Shown here piece by piece: positions 26,601-41,600 of a DNA stretch of 64,000 nt. The first letter of the stretch is position 1. Each line of letters opens with the position of its first letter. Source of the DNA: Amphiscolops sp. MND2022 (taxonomy: Eukaryota); assembly GCA_964187785.1 (NCBI GenBank), contig OZ076409.1, forward strand, positions 74,278,001-74,342,000, read 5' to 3'. The notes beneath the pieces were generated by a model, which worked only from the letters and a program-made list of their open reading frames with translations, made no database searches and was not told where the DNA came from. A program made the position numbers and the translations under genes.

Positions 26601-29600
26601 GTTTGGCAATCAATCAACACCCTTTGTTGTCGTTTGACATATTTTTTTGTTGTTATAATAAAAAATTTGTGTATTTATTCATTTTTTTCTCATCAAATAA
26701 CTTGAAACAGTTGAGTACATTCCATCCCCCCTTCCGGGGGAGATGAGAATGTACTCGCAAAAAGCACCGAACTACGGCCCTTACCTTCCCGAGCTACGCA
26801 GTATAAGGATTACATATTGGTTCCGACATTTTCATAGAGTTATATCTTGGTAATCTGTCTGGATATGCCGAAAAATCAGCACGTGCCTTTTAATACCAAG
26901 TTGCTAACAACAACAATTCTTTTATATCAACGCTCCCATATTTATCAACGCCCACCATCCGTGGGCATGCCGAGGCATGCCCTTCGACGACGTGCACCAA
27001 GATATGCTATAACGCGTTAGCCTAGGTGCCGGTGTATTTTTACACAATGGGGGATGTTGCGCGTGTGGGGAGGGTCCCTGACGCGCTTCCGTGGTTTCGG
27101 GTCTTCTAACCTATGATAGCGTGACACCTGACTTCGATCTCGTAAACTAGCCGTACGATTTGGCTGAAATTTGGCACACGTACCCCCCTCGGCACGGTGA
27201 AGATGATTTCCTACTGACGTTTTTCCCGCTAAACATTTTTTGTTGACCAAAATAACGGTTTTTGGGGTAAATTTTTCAACTTTTTTTAAGATTCGTCTTA
27301 TATCTCGCCACGGGTACACGCTAGCGCTTCCAAACCTTGCTGACGAAACCTTGCAAACTGTCTCAGGAATGCGGTGTGAAATTTTCAGCTCAATCGGACT
27401 TAAACTCGGGGAGATATAGCGTTTTTCCGGAGCGGGGGGGTTTCATTTTTCTAACGGTCCAGCTTATCTTTGCCATTTTCTCGAAAATGCACTCGCCTAA
27501 AGGCCTCCCCTGGCCGGTTTTATTCCCAACAAAACCATTTGGCCCTAAATACGGAGTTTCAGCGTTCCAGCATTCCCGGGCGAAAAGTTGTAGGACTTAG
27601 AAAAGTTCAAAAATTTTCAAAAAATTTTTTTTCCGTTATTTGGGCCCTCAAAGTGGGGGAAAAGACCCCCCAACCAGTAAAGCAAGTGAATGCATGTGGA
27701 AAGCCCTTGTTTAGACGAGAAAAATGCCGTTTAGAACGTCTTTTTATCTTAACTTGACATTGACTTTTGTCGTTTTGAAGGTGACCGTTAGATACGGAAA
27801 ATTGATGTTTTGAGTATTTATCCCATCTGAAAGCCATTGAGATACAACATGTTTTGCTCAAAACGTGTTTCATTGCAGTTTCGCTGTCCATTATTACCCT
27901 TTGGTGTCTTTTCACGTAATTTTCGTTTCTATAATAACAATTTTTTTGTGTATTTATTCATTTTTTTCTCATCAAATAACTTGAAACAGTTGAGTACATT
28001 CCATCTCCCTTCCCGGGGGAGATGAGAATGTACTCGCTAAAGGTCAGGAACTACGGTCTATATCTTCCACAACACAAAAGGGATTGCAAATGGTTTCCGT
28101 TTGTCGCAGAAAACTTCTTTTTGCCCTCTGTGACTCGACAAAATGAACGTTTCTTACTTACTTTGAAACTCAGCATACCACAACTCATCTCTAACGTCAG
28201 CGCCCCCCTACTTGCATCAACGCCCACCGTCCGTGGGCATGCCGAGGCATGCCCTTCGACGACGTATGCCCAAGATATACCCCGAGCGCGGTAGCTGCTA
28301 GGTGGCCGTGTCTTTTCGACGTGCTTTTGCATTGAGGAGTGGGTAGGGCCCCGCGACGACCTAGAAGAATTGGATGCTCACCGAAACGTGCAGAATTCTA
28401 CGAGATCTCATAGTTTGAGCCATACGATTTTTCTGAAATTTGGCATGTGGCCTGGAATTGGTGAGTAGGTAAAACGTGTAGGAGGTGATTTTTCCCAAAT
28501 TCCACTGTGAGACGAGATATGGGCAAATAACGGTCCCAAAAATGGCAAAAATGCACTTTTTTCAACTTTGTCAGCCCATATCTCGTTCCCAGGTGCCCGG
28601 AGCGGGACGCGTTAAGCTGATTATAAACTCTAGGGTGTTGAGGCTGTACGGGGAAGTCAGGCCCGTTCCGATCGGACTTGTAGTCTTGGAGAAATAACGG
28701 TATTTTTGGGGAACCTTTTCTAACGGTCCAGCTTATCTTTGCCATTTTTTCGAAAATGTACTCGCCTAAAGGCCTCCCCCTGGCCGAATTTACTCCCAGC
28801 AAAACCATTTGGCCCTAAATACGGAGTTTCAGCGTTCCAGCATTCCCGGGCGAAAAGTTGTGGGACTTGGAAAATTTTCAAAAATTTTCAAAATTTTTTT
28901 TTTCGTTTTCCGGGACCCAATGAAGGGGAAACGACCCCCCAACCAGTATTTTGAGTGAATTCATGTGGAAAGCCCTTGTTTTGACGAGAAAAGTACCGTT
29001 TAGAACATCTTTTTATCTTGACTCAACGTTGACTTATGACGTTTTGAATGTGATGTAAGGATGTAGGAGGCATGTGATAAGTTGATGTTTTGAGTCTTTA
29101 TCTCATATGAAAGCGGTTGAGATGCAAGCTGTCCTGCTCAAAACGTCTTTCGTTGTAATTTTCCAGTGCACCAATACCCTTTGGTGTCATATAAACATAC
29201 TTTTCGTCGATATATTAACAATTTTAATGTATTTATTCCAATTTTTATTATCTTTTAACTCAAAACAGTTGAGTACATTTCATCTCCCTTTCGGGGGAGA
29301 TGAGAATGTACTCGCTAAAGACCTAGCGCCATGACCAAAAGTTTGAAACCCACGTTTTTTATCTTCTTACAGACTTGTTTTTGTATTTTTTCGGAATTTT
29401 TTAAAAATTAATATACTTGAAATACATTACTTGACTTTACTACTACAATCCACCTCCAACGTCAACGCCCCCTTGCTTGCATCAACGCCCACCGTCCGTG
29501 GGCATGCCGAGGCATGCCCTTCGACGACGTATGCCAAATGCCCAGTGCCACGCAGTCATTATCGCTAGGTGGCCGTGTCTTTTCGACGTGCTTTTGCATT

Positions 29601-32600
29601 GAGGAGTGGGTAGGGCCCCGCGACGACCTAGAAGAATTGGATGCTCACCGAAACGTGCAGAATTCTACGAGATCTCATAGTTTGAGCCATACGATTTTTC
29701 TGAAATTTGGCATGTGGCCTGGAATTGGTGAGTAGGTAAAACGTGTAGGAGGTGATTTTTCCCAAATTCCACTGTGAGACGAGATATGGGCAAATAACGG
29801 TCCCAAAAATGGCAAAAATGCACTTTTTTCAACTTTGTCAGCCCATATCTCGTTCCCAGGTGCCCGGAGCGGGACGCGTTAAGCTGATTATAAACTCTAG
29901 GGTGTTGAGGCTGTACGGTGAACTTGGGCCCGTTCCGATCCGACTTGTAGTCTTGGAGAAATAACGGTATTTTTGGGGAACCTTTTCTAACGGTCCAGCT
30001 TATCTTTGCCATTTTTTCGAAAATGTACTCGCCTAAAGGCCTCCCCCTGGCCGAATTTACTCCCAGCAAAAACAATTGGCCCTAAATACGGAGTTTCAGC
30101 GTTCCAGCATTCCCGGGCGAAAAGTTGTGGGACTTGGAAAATTTTCAAAAATTTTCAAAAAAATTTTTTTTCGTATTCCGGGCCCCCAATGAAGGGGAAA
30201 CGACCCCCCAACCAGTATTTTGAGTGAATTCATGTGGAAAGCCCTTGTTTTGACGAGAAAAATACCGTTTAGAACATCTTTTTATCTTGACTCAACGTTG
30301 ACTTATGACGTTTTGAATGTGATGTAAGGATGTAGGAGGCATGTGATAAGTTGATGTTTTGAGTCTTTATCTCATATGAAAGCGGTTGAGATGCAAGCTG
30401 TCCTGCTCAAAACGTCTTTCGTTGTAACTTTCCAGTGCACCAATACCCTTTGGTGTCATATAAACATACTTTTTGTCGATATATTAACAATTTTAATGTA
30501 TTTATTCCAATTTTTATTATCTTATAACTCAAAACAGTTGAGTACATTTCATCTCCCTTTCGGGGGAGATGAGAATGTACTCGCTAAAGACCTAGCGCCA
30601 TGACCAAAAATTTGAAACTCACGTTTTTTATCTTCTTACAGACTTGTTTTTGTATTTTTTCGGAATTTTTTAAAAATTAATATACTTGAAATACATTACT
30701 TGACTTTACTACTACAACCCACCTCCAACGACAACGCCCCCCTGCTTGCATCAACGCCCACCGTCCGTGGGCATGCCGAGGCATGCCCTTCGACGACGTA
30801 TGCCAAATGCCCAGTGCCACGCAGTCATTATCGCTAGGTGGCCGCGTCTTTTGTCGAACTTTAACCATGGAGGCGCGGGTAGGGTCCTGCGCCGACTTAG
30901 TGCCTTTACTATGATACAAAAATAGGTACCTGAGTAAACGATCTCGAAGATGAGCCGTCAGAAATTCCTGAAAATTTGCATGTGGCCCCCAATTGGCGAG
31001 CATATGAAAAGTGTAGGAGGTCATTTTTCCCAAATTCCACTGTGAGACGAGATAAACGCGAAAAATGAGGTAAAAAATGGACCCATTTTTGATAAATTTT
31101 GCAATATCTCGTTCCAGAGGCATCGGAGGTACCGTATACCTGACGTGGAAAATGCTCGGCATGTGAAGGGGGTTACGTGGACAAATTTTCGTCCAAATCG
31201 GATAAAAATTGACAGAGTAATAACAAATTTTTTTGTGCATTTTGGCGACTTTTTCAGAAAACCCAGTTTATCTCTGCCGTTTTTTGCCCAGATTTTTTTC
31301 TAGAACCTCTCCTAAAGGCCTCCCCTGGCCGGTTTACCTCCCAAAAAAACCATTTGGCCCTAAATACGAGGTTTCAGCGTTCCAGCATTATCGGGCGAAA
31401 TTTTATATGACTTAGAAAATTTTCAAAAATTTTCAATTTTTTTCTAAAAATGTTCAGACCGCCCAAAGTGAAGAAACTTCCACACAACTAGTATTGCAAG
31501 TGAATGCATGTGGAAAGCACTGCACTTGACGAGAAAAATGCCGTTTAGAACGTCTTTTTATCTTAACTTGATGTTGACTTATGATCTTTTGAGTAGCGTA
31601 TAACACGTGATCACAGTAGTGAAAATCCTAATTTTCAATAATTTTCAAACAATAACGCATGAAAAGAACCTGGAAAAAGTTCCGATGGGTCAGTTGGGAT
31701 GTCTGAAGCATGTGTACATTCCCGTAGTGTATAGCGGATGTATTTGGGACTTATTAGAAATTGTGATATATTTTATACAAGTCTTTGTTTCTCTTAGAAT
31801 CTTATGCAGTTGAGTACATTCCATCTCCCTCTCAGGGGAGATGTGAATGTACGTTTGCCAAATGCCTTGTAAAGCTCACAATTTTGATGGATTCAAATAA
31901 CTAAACAAGTGTGATTTGCGTTTGCCGAACCACTGCGACAAAATATCCTAAATCTATAGCGAGATTGTATGGTTTTTGTCTTTAGTGTTTCGTCTTGTGT
32001 AGCCGACTTCCACATCCAAATCTCAACGCCCACCGTCCGTAGGCATGCCGAGGCATGCCTTTCGACGACGTATGCCAAATGCCCAATGCCACGCTGTCAT
32101 TATCGCTAGGTGGCCGTGTCTTTTCGACGTGCTTTTGCATTGAGGAGTGGGTAGGGCCCCGCGACGACCTAGAAGAATTGGATGCTCACCGAAACGTGCA
32201 GAATTCTACGAGATCTCATAGTTTGAGCCATACGATTTTTCTGAAATTTGGCATGTGGCCTGGAATTGGTGAGTAGGTAAAACGTGTAGGAGGTGATTTT
32301 TCCCAAATTCCACTGTGAGACGAGATATGGGCAAATAACGGTCCCAAAAATGGCAAAAATGCACTTTTTTCAACTTTGTCAGCCCATATCTCGTTCCCAG
32401 GTGCCCGGAGCGGGACGCGTTAAGCTGATTATAAACTCTAGGGTGTTGAGGCTGTACGGTGAACTTGGGCCCGTTCCGATCCGACTTGTAGTCTTGGAGA
32501 AATAACGGTATTTTTGGGGAACCTTTTCTAACGGTCCAGCTTATCTTTGCCATTTTTTCGAAAATGTACTCGCCTAAAGGCCTCCCCCTGGCCGAATTTA

Positions 32601-35600
32601 CTCCCAGCAAAAACAATTGGCCCTAAATACGGAGTTTCAGCGTTCCAGCATTCCCGGGCGAAAAGTTGTGGGACTTGGAAAATTTTCAAAAATTTTCAAA
32701 AATTTTTTTTTCGTTTTCCGGGCCCCCAATGAAGGGGAAACGACCCCCCAACCAGTAATTTGAGTGAATGCATGTCAAAAGCCCTTGTTTTGACGAGAAA
32801 AATACCGTTTAGAACATCTTTTTATCTTGACTCAACGTTGACTTATGACGTTTTGAATGTGATGTAAGGATGTAGGAGGCATGTGAAAAGTTGATGTTTT
32901 GAGTCTTTATCTCATATGAAAGCGGTTGAGATGCAAGCTGTCCTGCTCAAAACGTCTTTCGTTGTAATTTTCCAGTGCACCAATACCCTTTGGTGTCATA
33001 TAAACATACTTTTCGTCGATATATTAACAATTTTAATGTATTTATTCCAATTTTTATTATCTTATAACTCAAAACAGTTGAGTACATTTCATCTCCCTTT
33101 CGGGGGAGATGAGAATGTACTCGCTAAAGGCCTAGCGCCATGACCAAAAGTTTGAAACCCGCGTTTTTTTTCTTCTTACATAATTGTTTTTGTATTTTTT
33201 CGGAATTTTTTAAAAATTAATATACTTGAAATACATTACTTGACTTTACTACTACAATCCACCTCCAACGTCAACGCCCCCCTGCTTGCATCAACGCCCA
33301 CCGTCCGTGGGCATGCCGAGGCATGCCCTTCGACGACGTATGCCAAATGCCCAGTGCCACGCAGTCATTTTCGCTAGGTGGCCGTGTCTTTTCGACGTGC
33401 TTTTGCATTGAGGAGTGGGTAGGGCCCCGCGACGACCTAGAAGAATTGGATGCTCACCGAAACGTGCAGAATTCTACGAGATCTCATAGTTTGAGCCATA
33501 CGATTTTTCTGAAATTTGGCATGTGGCCTGGAATTGGTGAGTAGGTAAAACGTGTAGAAGGTAATTTTTCCCAAATTCCACTGTGAGAGGAGATATGGGC
33601 AAATAACGGACCCAAAAATGGCAAAAATGCACATTTTTCAACTTTGTCAGCCAATATCTCTTTTCCAGGTGCCCGTAGCGTTCCGCACGTGGACATCAAT
33701 ATTGCTCAGCGCTGTTGGAGGAGTGCGTGGACAAATTTTGGTTTAAATCGGACTAAAACTTGACGAGAAATTAACGGTTTTTTGGGCGTTTCCGGGGTAA
33801 ATTTTTTAACGGTCCAGCTTATCTTTGCCATTTTTTCGAAAATGTACATGCCTAAAGGCCTCCCCCTGGCCGAATTTACTCCCAGCAAACCCATTTGGCC
33901 CTAAATACGGAGTTTCAGCGTTCCAGCATTCCGGGGCGGAAAGTTGTGGGACTTGGAAAAATTTCAAAATTTTTTCAAAAATTTTTTTCCCGTTTTCCGG
34001 GCCCCCAATGAAGGGGAACGACCCCCCAACCAGTATTTTGAGTGAATTCATGTGGAAAGCCCATGTTTGGAGGAGAAAAATGCCGTTTAGCACATCTTTT
34101 TATCTTAACTTGACATTGACTTATGACGTTTTGAATGTGATGTTAGGATATATGAAGCATGTTAAAAGTTGAAGTTTTGAGTCTTTATCTCATCGGAAAA
34201 CCATTGAGATACAAGCAGTTTTGCTAAAAACGATTTTCATTGTAGGTTAGCAGAGTATTAGTACACTTTGATGTCATTTGAGTATATTTTTCTTCTATAT
34301 AATAACTGTTTTTATGTATTTATTCCAATTTATCTCATCTTTTAACATCAAGCAGTTGAGTACATTTCATCTCCCTTTCGGGGGAGATGAGAATGTACTC
34401 GCTAAAAACCTAATGCTATGGCGCCAATGTTTGGATGGGAAGTTTTCTATGCTTTGAAAAAAGTTATTTTTAATTACTTGATTTTTTAAAACAATAATTA
34501 ACATGAAGTACATTACTTGCTCCTACTACTACCACCATACATCTCTAACGTCAACGCCCCCTGCTTGCATCAACGCCCCATCGTCCGTGGGCATGCCGAG
34601 GCATGCCCTTCGACGACGTATGCCAAATGCCCAGTGCCACGCAGTCTTTCCCCGCTAGGTGCCGGGATTTCTATTCGATAAAGTATGTGGCGCGTGTGGG
34701 TAGGGTCCCTGGCGCGCTCTTGGGTATGGTGTTCACCAGCTAGGAAATAGGGGTCGATTTTTCGGGATCTCCTAAACTAGCCACACGATTTGGCTGAAAT
34801 TTGGCACACGTACTCCCCTCGGCACGGTGAAGATGATTTCCTACTGACGTTTTTCCCGCAAAATTTTTTTTGTTGTCCAAAATAACGGTTTTTGGGGTAA
34901 AATTTTGAATTTTTTTTAAATTTTATCTTATATCTCGCCACCGGTTTACGCTAGCGCTTCAAAACCCTGCTAAAGAAAGCTTGCAAACTGTCTCAGGAAT
35001 GCGGTGTGAAATTTTCAGCTCAATCGGACTTAAACTCGGGGAGATATAGCGTTTTTCCGGAGCGGGGGGGTTTCATTTTTCTAACGGTCCAGCTTATCTT
35101 TGCCATTTTTTCGAAATAGCACTCGCCTAAAGGCCTCCCCTGGCCGGTTTTATTCCCAGCAAAACCATTTGGCCCTAAATACGGAGTTTCAGCGTTCCAG
35201 CATTCCCGGGCGAAAAGTTGTGGGACTTAGAAAAGTTCAAAAATTTTCAAAAAATTTTTTTTCCGTTTTCCGCCCTCCCCCCCTAGGGGAAAAGACCCCC
35301 CAACCAGTAATTTGAGTGAATTCATGTGGAAAGGCCATGTTTAGAGGAGAAAAATGCCGTTTAGATCGTCTTTTTATCTTTATTCAACGTTGACTTATGA
35401 CGTTTTGAAGGTGATGTTTGGAGGTGTGAAGCACGTGAAAAGTAAACGTTATGAGTATTTATCTGATCTGAAAGCCATTGAGATGCAACCTGTTTTGCTC
35501 AAAACGTAATTCATATCAGTTTGGTAGTCAATCAACACCCTTTGTTGTCATTTGACATCTTTTTTTTGTTGATATAAGAAAAAATTTCGTGTATTTATTC

Positions 35601-38600
35601 ATTTTTTTCTCATCAAATAACTTGAAACAGTTGAGTACATTCCATCCCCCCTTCACGGGGGAGATGAGAATGTACTCGCAAAAAGCCCCGAACTACGGCC
35701 CTTACCTTCCTGAGCTACGCAGTATAAAGATTGCATATTGGTTCCGACATTTTGATAGAGTTATATCTTGGTAATCTGTCTGGGTATGCAGAAAAACCAG
35801 CACGTGCTTTTTTATACCAAGTTGCTCACAAAGACATTTATTTTATATCAACGCCCCCATATTTATCAACGCCCCCCGTCCGTGGGCATGCCGAGGCATG
35901 CCCTTCGACGACGTATACCAAGATATGTTCGAGCGCGTTAGCCTAGGTGCCGGTGTCTTTTTACACAATGGGGGAAGTTGCGCGGTTGGGGAGGGTCCCT
36001 GACGCGCTTCCGTGAGATCAGGTTTTTCAACTAGTGAAATCGACAAAGAAAATTGAGATCTCGTAAACTAGCCATACGATTTGGCTGAAATTTGGCACAC
36101 GTACCCCCCTCGGCACGGTGAAGATGATTCCCTACTGACGTTTTGCTCGCTAAACATTTTTTGTTGACCAAAATAACGGTTTTTGGGGTAAAATTTTCAA
36201 CTTTTTTTAAATTTCATCTTATATCTCGGCACGGGTACACGCTAGCGCTTTCAAACCTTGCTGACGAAAGTTTGCAAACTGTCTCAGGAATGCTGTGTGA
36301 AATTTTCAGCTCAATCGGACTCAAACTCGAGGAGATATAGCGTTTTTCCGGAGCGGGGGGGTTTCATTTTTCTAACGGTCCAGCTTATCTTTGCCATTTT
36401 TTCGAAAATGTACTCGTCTAAAGGCCTCCCCTGGCCGGTTTTATTCCCAGCAAAACCATTTGGCCCTAAATACGGAGTTTCAGCGTTCCAGCATTTCCGG
36501 GCGAAAAGTTGTGGGACTTAGAAAATTTCAAAAATTTTCAAAAAATTTTTTTTCCGTTATTTGGGCCCCCAAAGTGGGGGAAAAGACCCCCCAACCAGTA
36601 AAGCAAGTGAATGCATGTGCAAAGCCCTTGTTTGGACGAGAAAAATGCCGTTTAGAACGTCTTTTTATCTTGACTCAACGTTGACTTATGACGTTTTGAA
36701 GGTGATGTTTGGAGGTGTAAAGCAAGTGAATAGTAAACGTTATGAGTATTTATCTGATCTGAAAGCCATTGAGATGCAATATGGTTTGCTCAAAACGTAA
36801 TTCATTGCAGTTTGGCAATCAATCAACACCCTTTGTTGTCGTTTGACATACTTTTTTGTTGTTATAATAAAAAATTTTGTGTATTTATTCATTTTTTTCT
36901 CATCAAATAACTTGGAACAGTTGAGTACATTCCATCCCCCCCCCTTCCGGGGGAGATGAGAATGTACTCGCAAAAAGCACCGAACTACGGTCCTTACCTT
37001 CCCGAGCTACGCAGTATAAGGATTACATATTGGTTCCGACATTTTCATAGAGTTATATCTTGGTAATCTGTCTGGATATGCCGAAAAATCAGCGCGTGCC
37101 TTTTAATACCAAGTTGCTCACAACGACAATTATTTTATATCAACGCCCCCATATTTATCAACGCCCCCCGTCCGTGGGCATGCCGAGGCATGCCCTTCGA
37201 CGACCCGCACCAAAATATGCGTTAGCGCGGTAGCTGCTAGGTGCCGGTGTATTTTTACACAATGGGGGATGTTGCGCGTGTGGGGAGGGTCCCTGACGCG
37301 CTTCCGTGGTTTCGGGTCTTCTAACCTATGATAGCGTGACACCTGACTTCGATCTCGTAAACTAGCCGTACGATTTGGCTGAAATTTGGCACACGTACCC
37401 CCCTCGGCACGGTGAAGATGATTTCCTACTGACGTTTTTCCCGCTAAACATTTTTTGTTGACCAAAATAACGGTTTTTGGGGTAAAATTTTCAACTTTTT
37501 TAAATTTCATCTTATATCTCGCCACGGGTTTACGCTAGCGCTTCCAAACCTTGCTGACGAAAGCTTGCAAACTGTCTCAGGAATGCGGTGTGAAATTTTC
37601 AGCTCAATCGGACTTAAACTCGGGGAGATATAGCGTTTTTCCGGAGCGGGGGGGTTTCATTTTTCTAACGGTCCAGCTTATCTTTGCCATTTTTTCGAAA
37701 ATGCACTCGCCTAAAGGCCTCCCCCGGCCGGTTTTATTCCCAGCAAAACCATTTGGCCCTAAATACGGAGTTTCAGTGTTCCAGCATTCCCGGGCGAAAA
37801 GTTGTGGGACTTAGAAAAGTTCAAAAATTTTCAAAAAAAATTTTTTCCGTTATTTGGGCCCCCAAAGTGGGGGAAAAGACCCCCCAACCAGTAAAGCAAG
37901 TGGATGCATGTGGAAAGCCCTTGTTTAGACGAGAAAAATGGCGTTTAGAACGTTTTTTTATCGTAACTTGACATTGACTTTTGTCGTTTTGAAGGTGACC
38001 GTTAGATACGGAAAATTGATGTTTTGAGTGTTTATCCCATCTGAAAGCCATTGAGATACAACATGTTTTGCTCAAAACGTGTTTCATTGCAGTTTCGCTG
38101 TCCATTAACACCCTTTGGTGTCTTTTGACGTAATTTTCTTTTCTATAATAACAATTTCTTTGTGTATTTATTCATTTTTTTCTCATCAAATAACTTGAAA
38201 CAGTTGAGTACATTCCATCTCCCTTCCCGGGGGAGATGAGAATGTACTCGCTAAAGGTCAGGAACTACGGTCTATATCTTCCACAACACAAAAGAGATTG
38301 CAAATTGTTTCAGTTTGTCGCAGAAAACTTCTTTTTGCACTCTGTGACTCGACAAAGTGAACGTTTCTTACTTACTTTGAATCTCACCATACCACAACTC
38401 ATCTCTAACGTCAACGCCCCCCACACACATCAACGCCCCCCGTCCGTGGGCATGCCGAGGCATGCCCTTCGACGACGTATAGCAAAATATATTCGAACGC
38501 GGTAGCCGCTAGGTGCCGGGATTTCTATTCGATAAAGTATGTGGCGCGTGTGGGTAGGGCCCCTGGCGCGCTCTTGTGTTTGGGGGTTTCCTACTTCTAA

Positions 38601-41600
38601 ATCACGTTCAGATTTCCGGGATCTCGTAAACTATCCATACGATTTGGCTGAAATTTGGCACACGTACCCCCCTCGGCACGGTGAAGATGATTTCCTACTG
38701 ACGTTTTTCCCGCTAAACATTTTTTGTTGTCCAAAATAACGGTTTTTGGGGGAAAATTTTGAACTTTTTTTAAATTTCATCTTATATCTCGCCACGGGTT
38801 TACGCTAGCGCTTCAAAACCCTGCTAAAGAAAGCTTGCAAACTGTCTCAGCAATGCGGTGTGAAATTTTCAGCTCAATCGGACTCAAACTCAGGGAGATA
38901 TAGCGTTTTTCCGGAGCGGGGGGGTTTCATTTTTCTAACGGTCCAGCTTATCTTAGCCATTTTTTCGAAAATGTACTCGCCTAAAGACCTCCCCTGGCCG
39001 GTTTTATTCCCAGCAAAACCATTTGGCCCTAAATACGGAGTTTCAGCGTTCCAGCATTCCCGGGCGAAAAGTTGTGGGACTTAGAAAATTTCAAAAATTT
39101 TCAAAATTTTTTTTTTCCGTTTTCCGCCCTCCCCCCGAGGGGAAAAGACCCCCCAACCAGTAATTTGAGTGAATTCATGTGGAAAGGTCATGTTTAGAGG
39201 AGAAAAATCCCGTTTAAATTGTCTTTTTATCTTTATTCAAAGTTGACGTATGACGTTTTGAAGGTGATGTTTGGAGGTGTGAAGCACGTGAAAAGTAAAC
39301 GTTATGAGTATTTATCTGATCTGAAAGCCATTGAGATGCAACCTGTTTTGCTCAAAACGTAATTCATATCAGTTTGGTAGTCAATCAACACCCTTTGTTG
39401 TCATTTGACATCTTTTTTTGTTGATATAAGAAAAAATTTCGTGTATTTTTTCATTTTTTTCTCATCAAATAACTTGAAACAGTTGAGTACATTCCATCCC
39501 CCCTTCACGGGGGAGATGAGAATGTACTCGCAAAAAGCCCCGAACTACGGCCCTTACCTTCCTGAGCTACGCAGTATAAAGATTGCATATTGGTTCCGAC
39601 ATTTTGATAGAGTTATATCTTGGTAATCTGTCTGGGTATGTAGAAAAACCAGCACGTGCTTTTTTATACCAAGTTGCTCACAACGACATTTATTTTATAT
39701 CAACGCCCCCATATTTATCAACGCCCCCCGTCCGTGGGCATGCCGAGGCATGCCCTTCGACGACGTATACCAAGATATGTTCGAGCGCGTTAGCCTAGGT
39801 GCCGGTGTTTTTTTACACAATGGGGGAAGTTGCGCGGTTGGGGAGGGTCCCTGACGCGCTCCCGGGATTTCGGATTTTTTAACCTTTACGTACCCATCAA
39901 AAATTTTGGGATCTCGAAAACTAGCCGTACGATTTGGCTGAAATTTGGCACACGTACCCCCCTCGGCACGGTGAAGATGATTCCCTACTGACGTTTTGCT
40001 CGCTAAACATTTTTTGTTGACCAAAATAACGGTTTTTGGGGTAAAATTTTGAATTTTTTTTAAATTTCATCTTATATCTCGCCACGGGTACACGCTATCG
40101 CTTCCAAACCTTGCTGACGAAAGTTTGCAAACTGTCTCAGGAATGCGGTGTGAAATTTTCAGCTCAATCGAACTTAAACTCGGGGAGATATAGCGTTTTT
40201 CCGGAGCGGGGGGGTTTCATTTTTCTAACGGTCCAGCTTATCTTTGCCATTTTTTCGAAAATGCACTCGCCTAAAGGCCTCCCCTGGCCGGTTTTATTCC
40301 CAGCAAAACCATTTGGCCCTAAATACGGAGTTTCAGCGTTCCAGCATTTCCGGGCGAAAAGTTGTGGGACTTAGAAAATTTCAAAAATTTTCAAAAAATT
40401 TTTTTTCCGTTATTTGGGCCCCCAAAGTGGGGGAAAGCACCCCCCAACCAGTAAAGCAAGTGAATGCATGTGGAAAGCCCTTGTTTAGAGGAGAAAAATG
40501 CCGTTTAGAACGTCTTTTTATCTTGGCTCAACGTTGACTTATGACGTTTTGAAGGTGATGTTTGGAGGTGTAAAGCACGTGAATAGTAAACGTTATGAGT
40601 ATTTATCTGATCTGAAAGCCATTGAGATGCAATATGGTTTGCTCAAAACGTAATTCATTGCAGTTTGGCAATCAATCAACACCCTTTGTTGTCGTTTGAC
40701 ATACTTTTTTGTTGTTATAATAAAAAATTTTGTGTATTTATTCATTTTTTTCTCATCAAATAACTTGGAACAGTTGAGTACATTCCATCCCCCCCTTCCG
40801 GGGGAGATGAGAATGTACTCGCAAAAAGCACCGAACTACGGCCCTTACCTTTCCCGAGCTACGCAGTATAAGGATTACATATTGGTTCCGACATTTTCAT
40901 AGAGTTATATCTTGGTAATCTGTCTGGATATGCCGAAAAATCAGCACGTGCCTTTTAATACCAAGTTGCTCACAACGACAATTATTTTATATCAACGCCC
41001 CCATATTTATCAACGCCCCCCGTCCGTGGGCATGCCGAGGCATGCCCTTCGACGACCCGCACCAAAATATGCGTTAGCGCGGTAGCCGCTAGGTGCCGGG
41101 ATTTCTATTCGATAAAGTATGTGGCGCGTGTGGGTAGGGTCCCTGGCGCGCTCTTGGGTATGGTGTTCACCAGCTAGGAAACAGGGGTCGATTTTTCGGG
41201 ATCTCCTAAACTAGCCACACGATTTGGCTGAAATTTGGCACACGTACCCCCCTCGGCACGGTGAAGATGATTTCCTACTGACGTTTTTCCCGCAAAATTT
41301 TTTTTGTTGTCCAAAATAACGGTTTTTGGGGTAAAATTTTGAATTTTTTTTAAATTTTATCTTATATCTCGCCACGGGTTTACGCTAGCGCTTCAAAACC
41401 CTGCTAAAGAAAGCTTGCAAACTGTCTCAGGAATGCGGTGTGAAATTTTCAGCTCAATCGGACTCAAACTCAGGGAGATATAGCGTTTTTCCGGAGCGGG
41501 GGGGGTTTCATTTTTCTAACGGTCCAGCTTATCTTAGCCATTTTTTCGAAAATGTACTCGCCTAAAGACCTCCCCTGGCCGGTTTTATTCCCAGCAAAAC

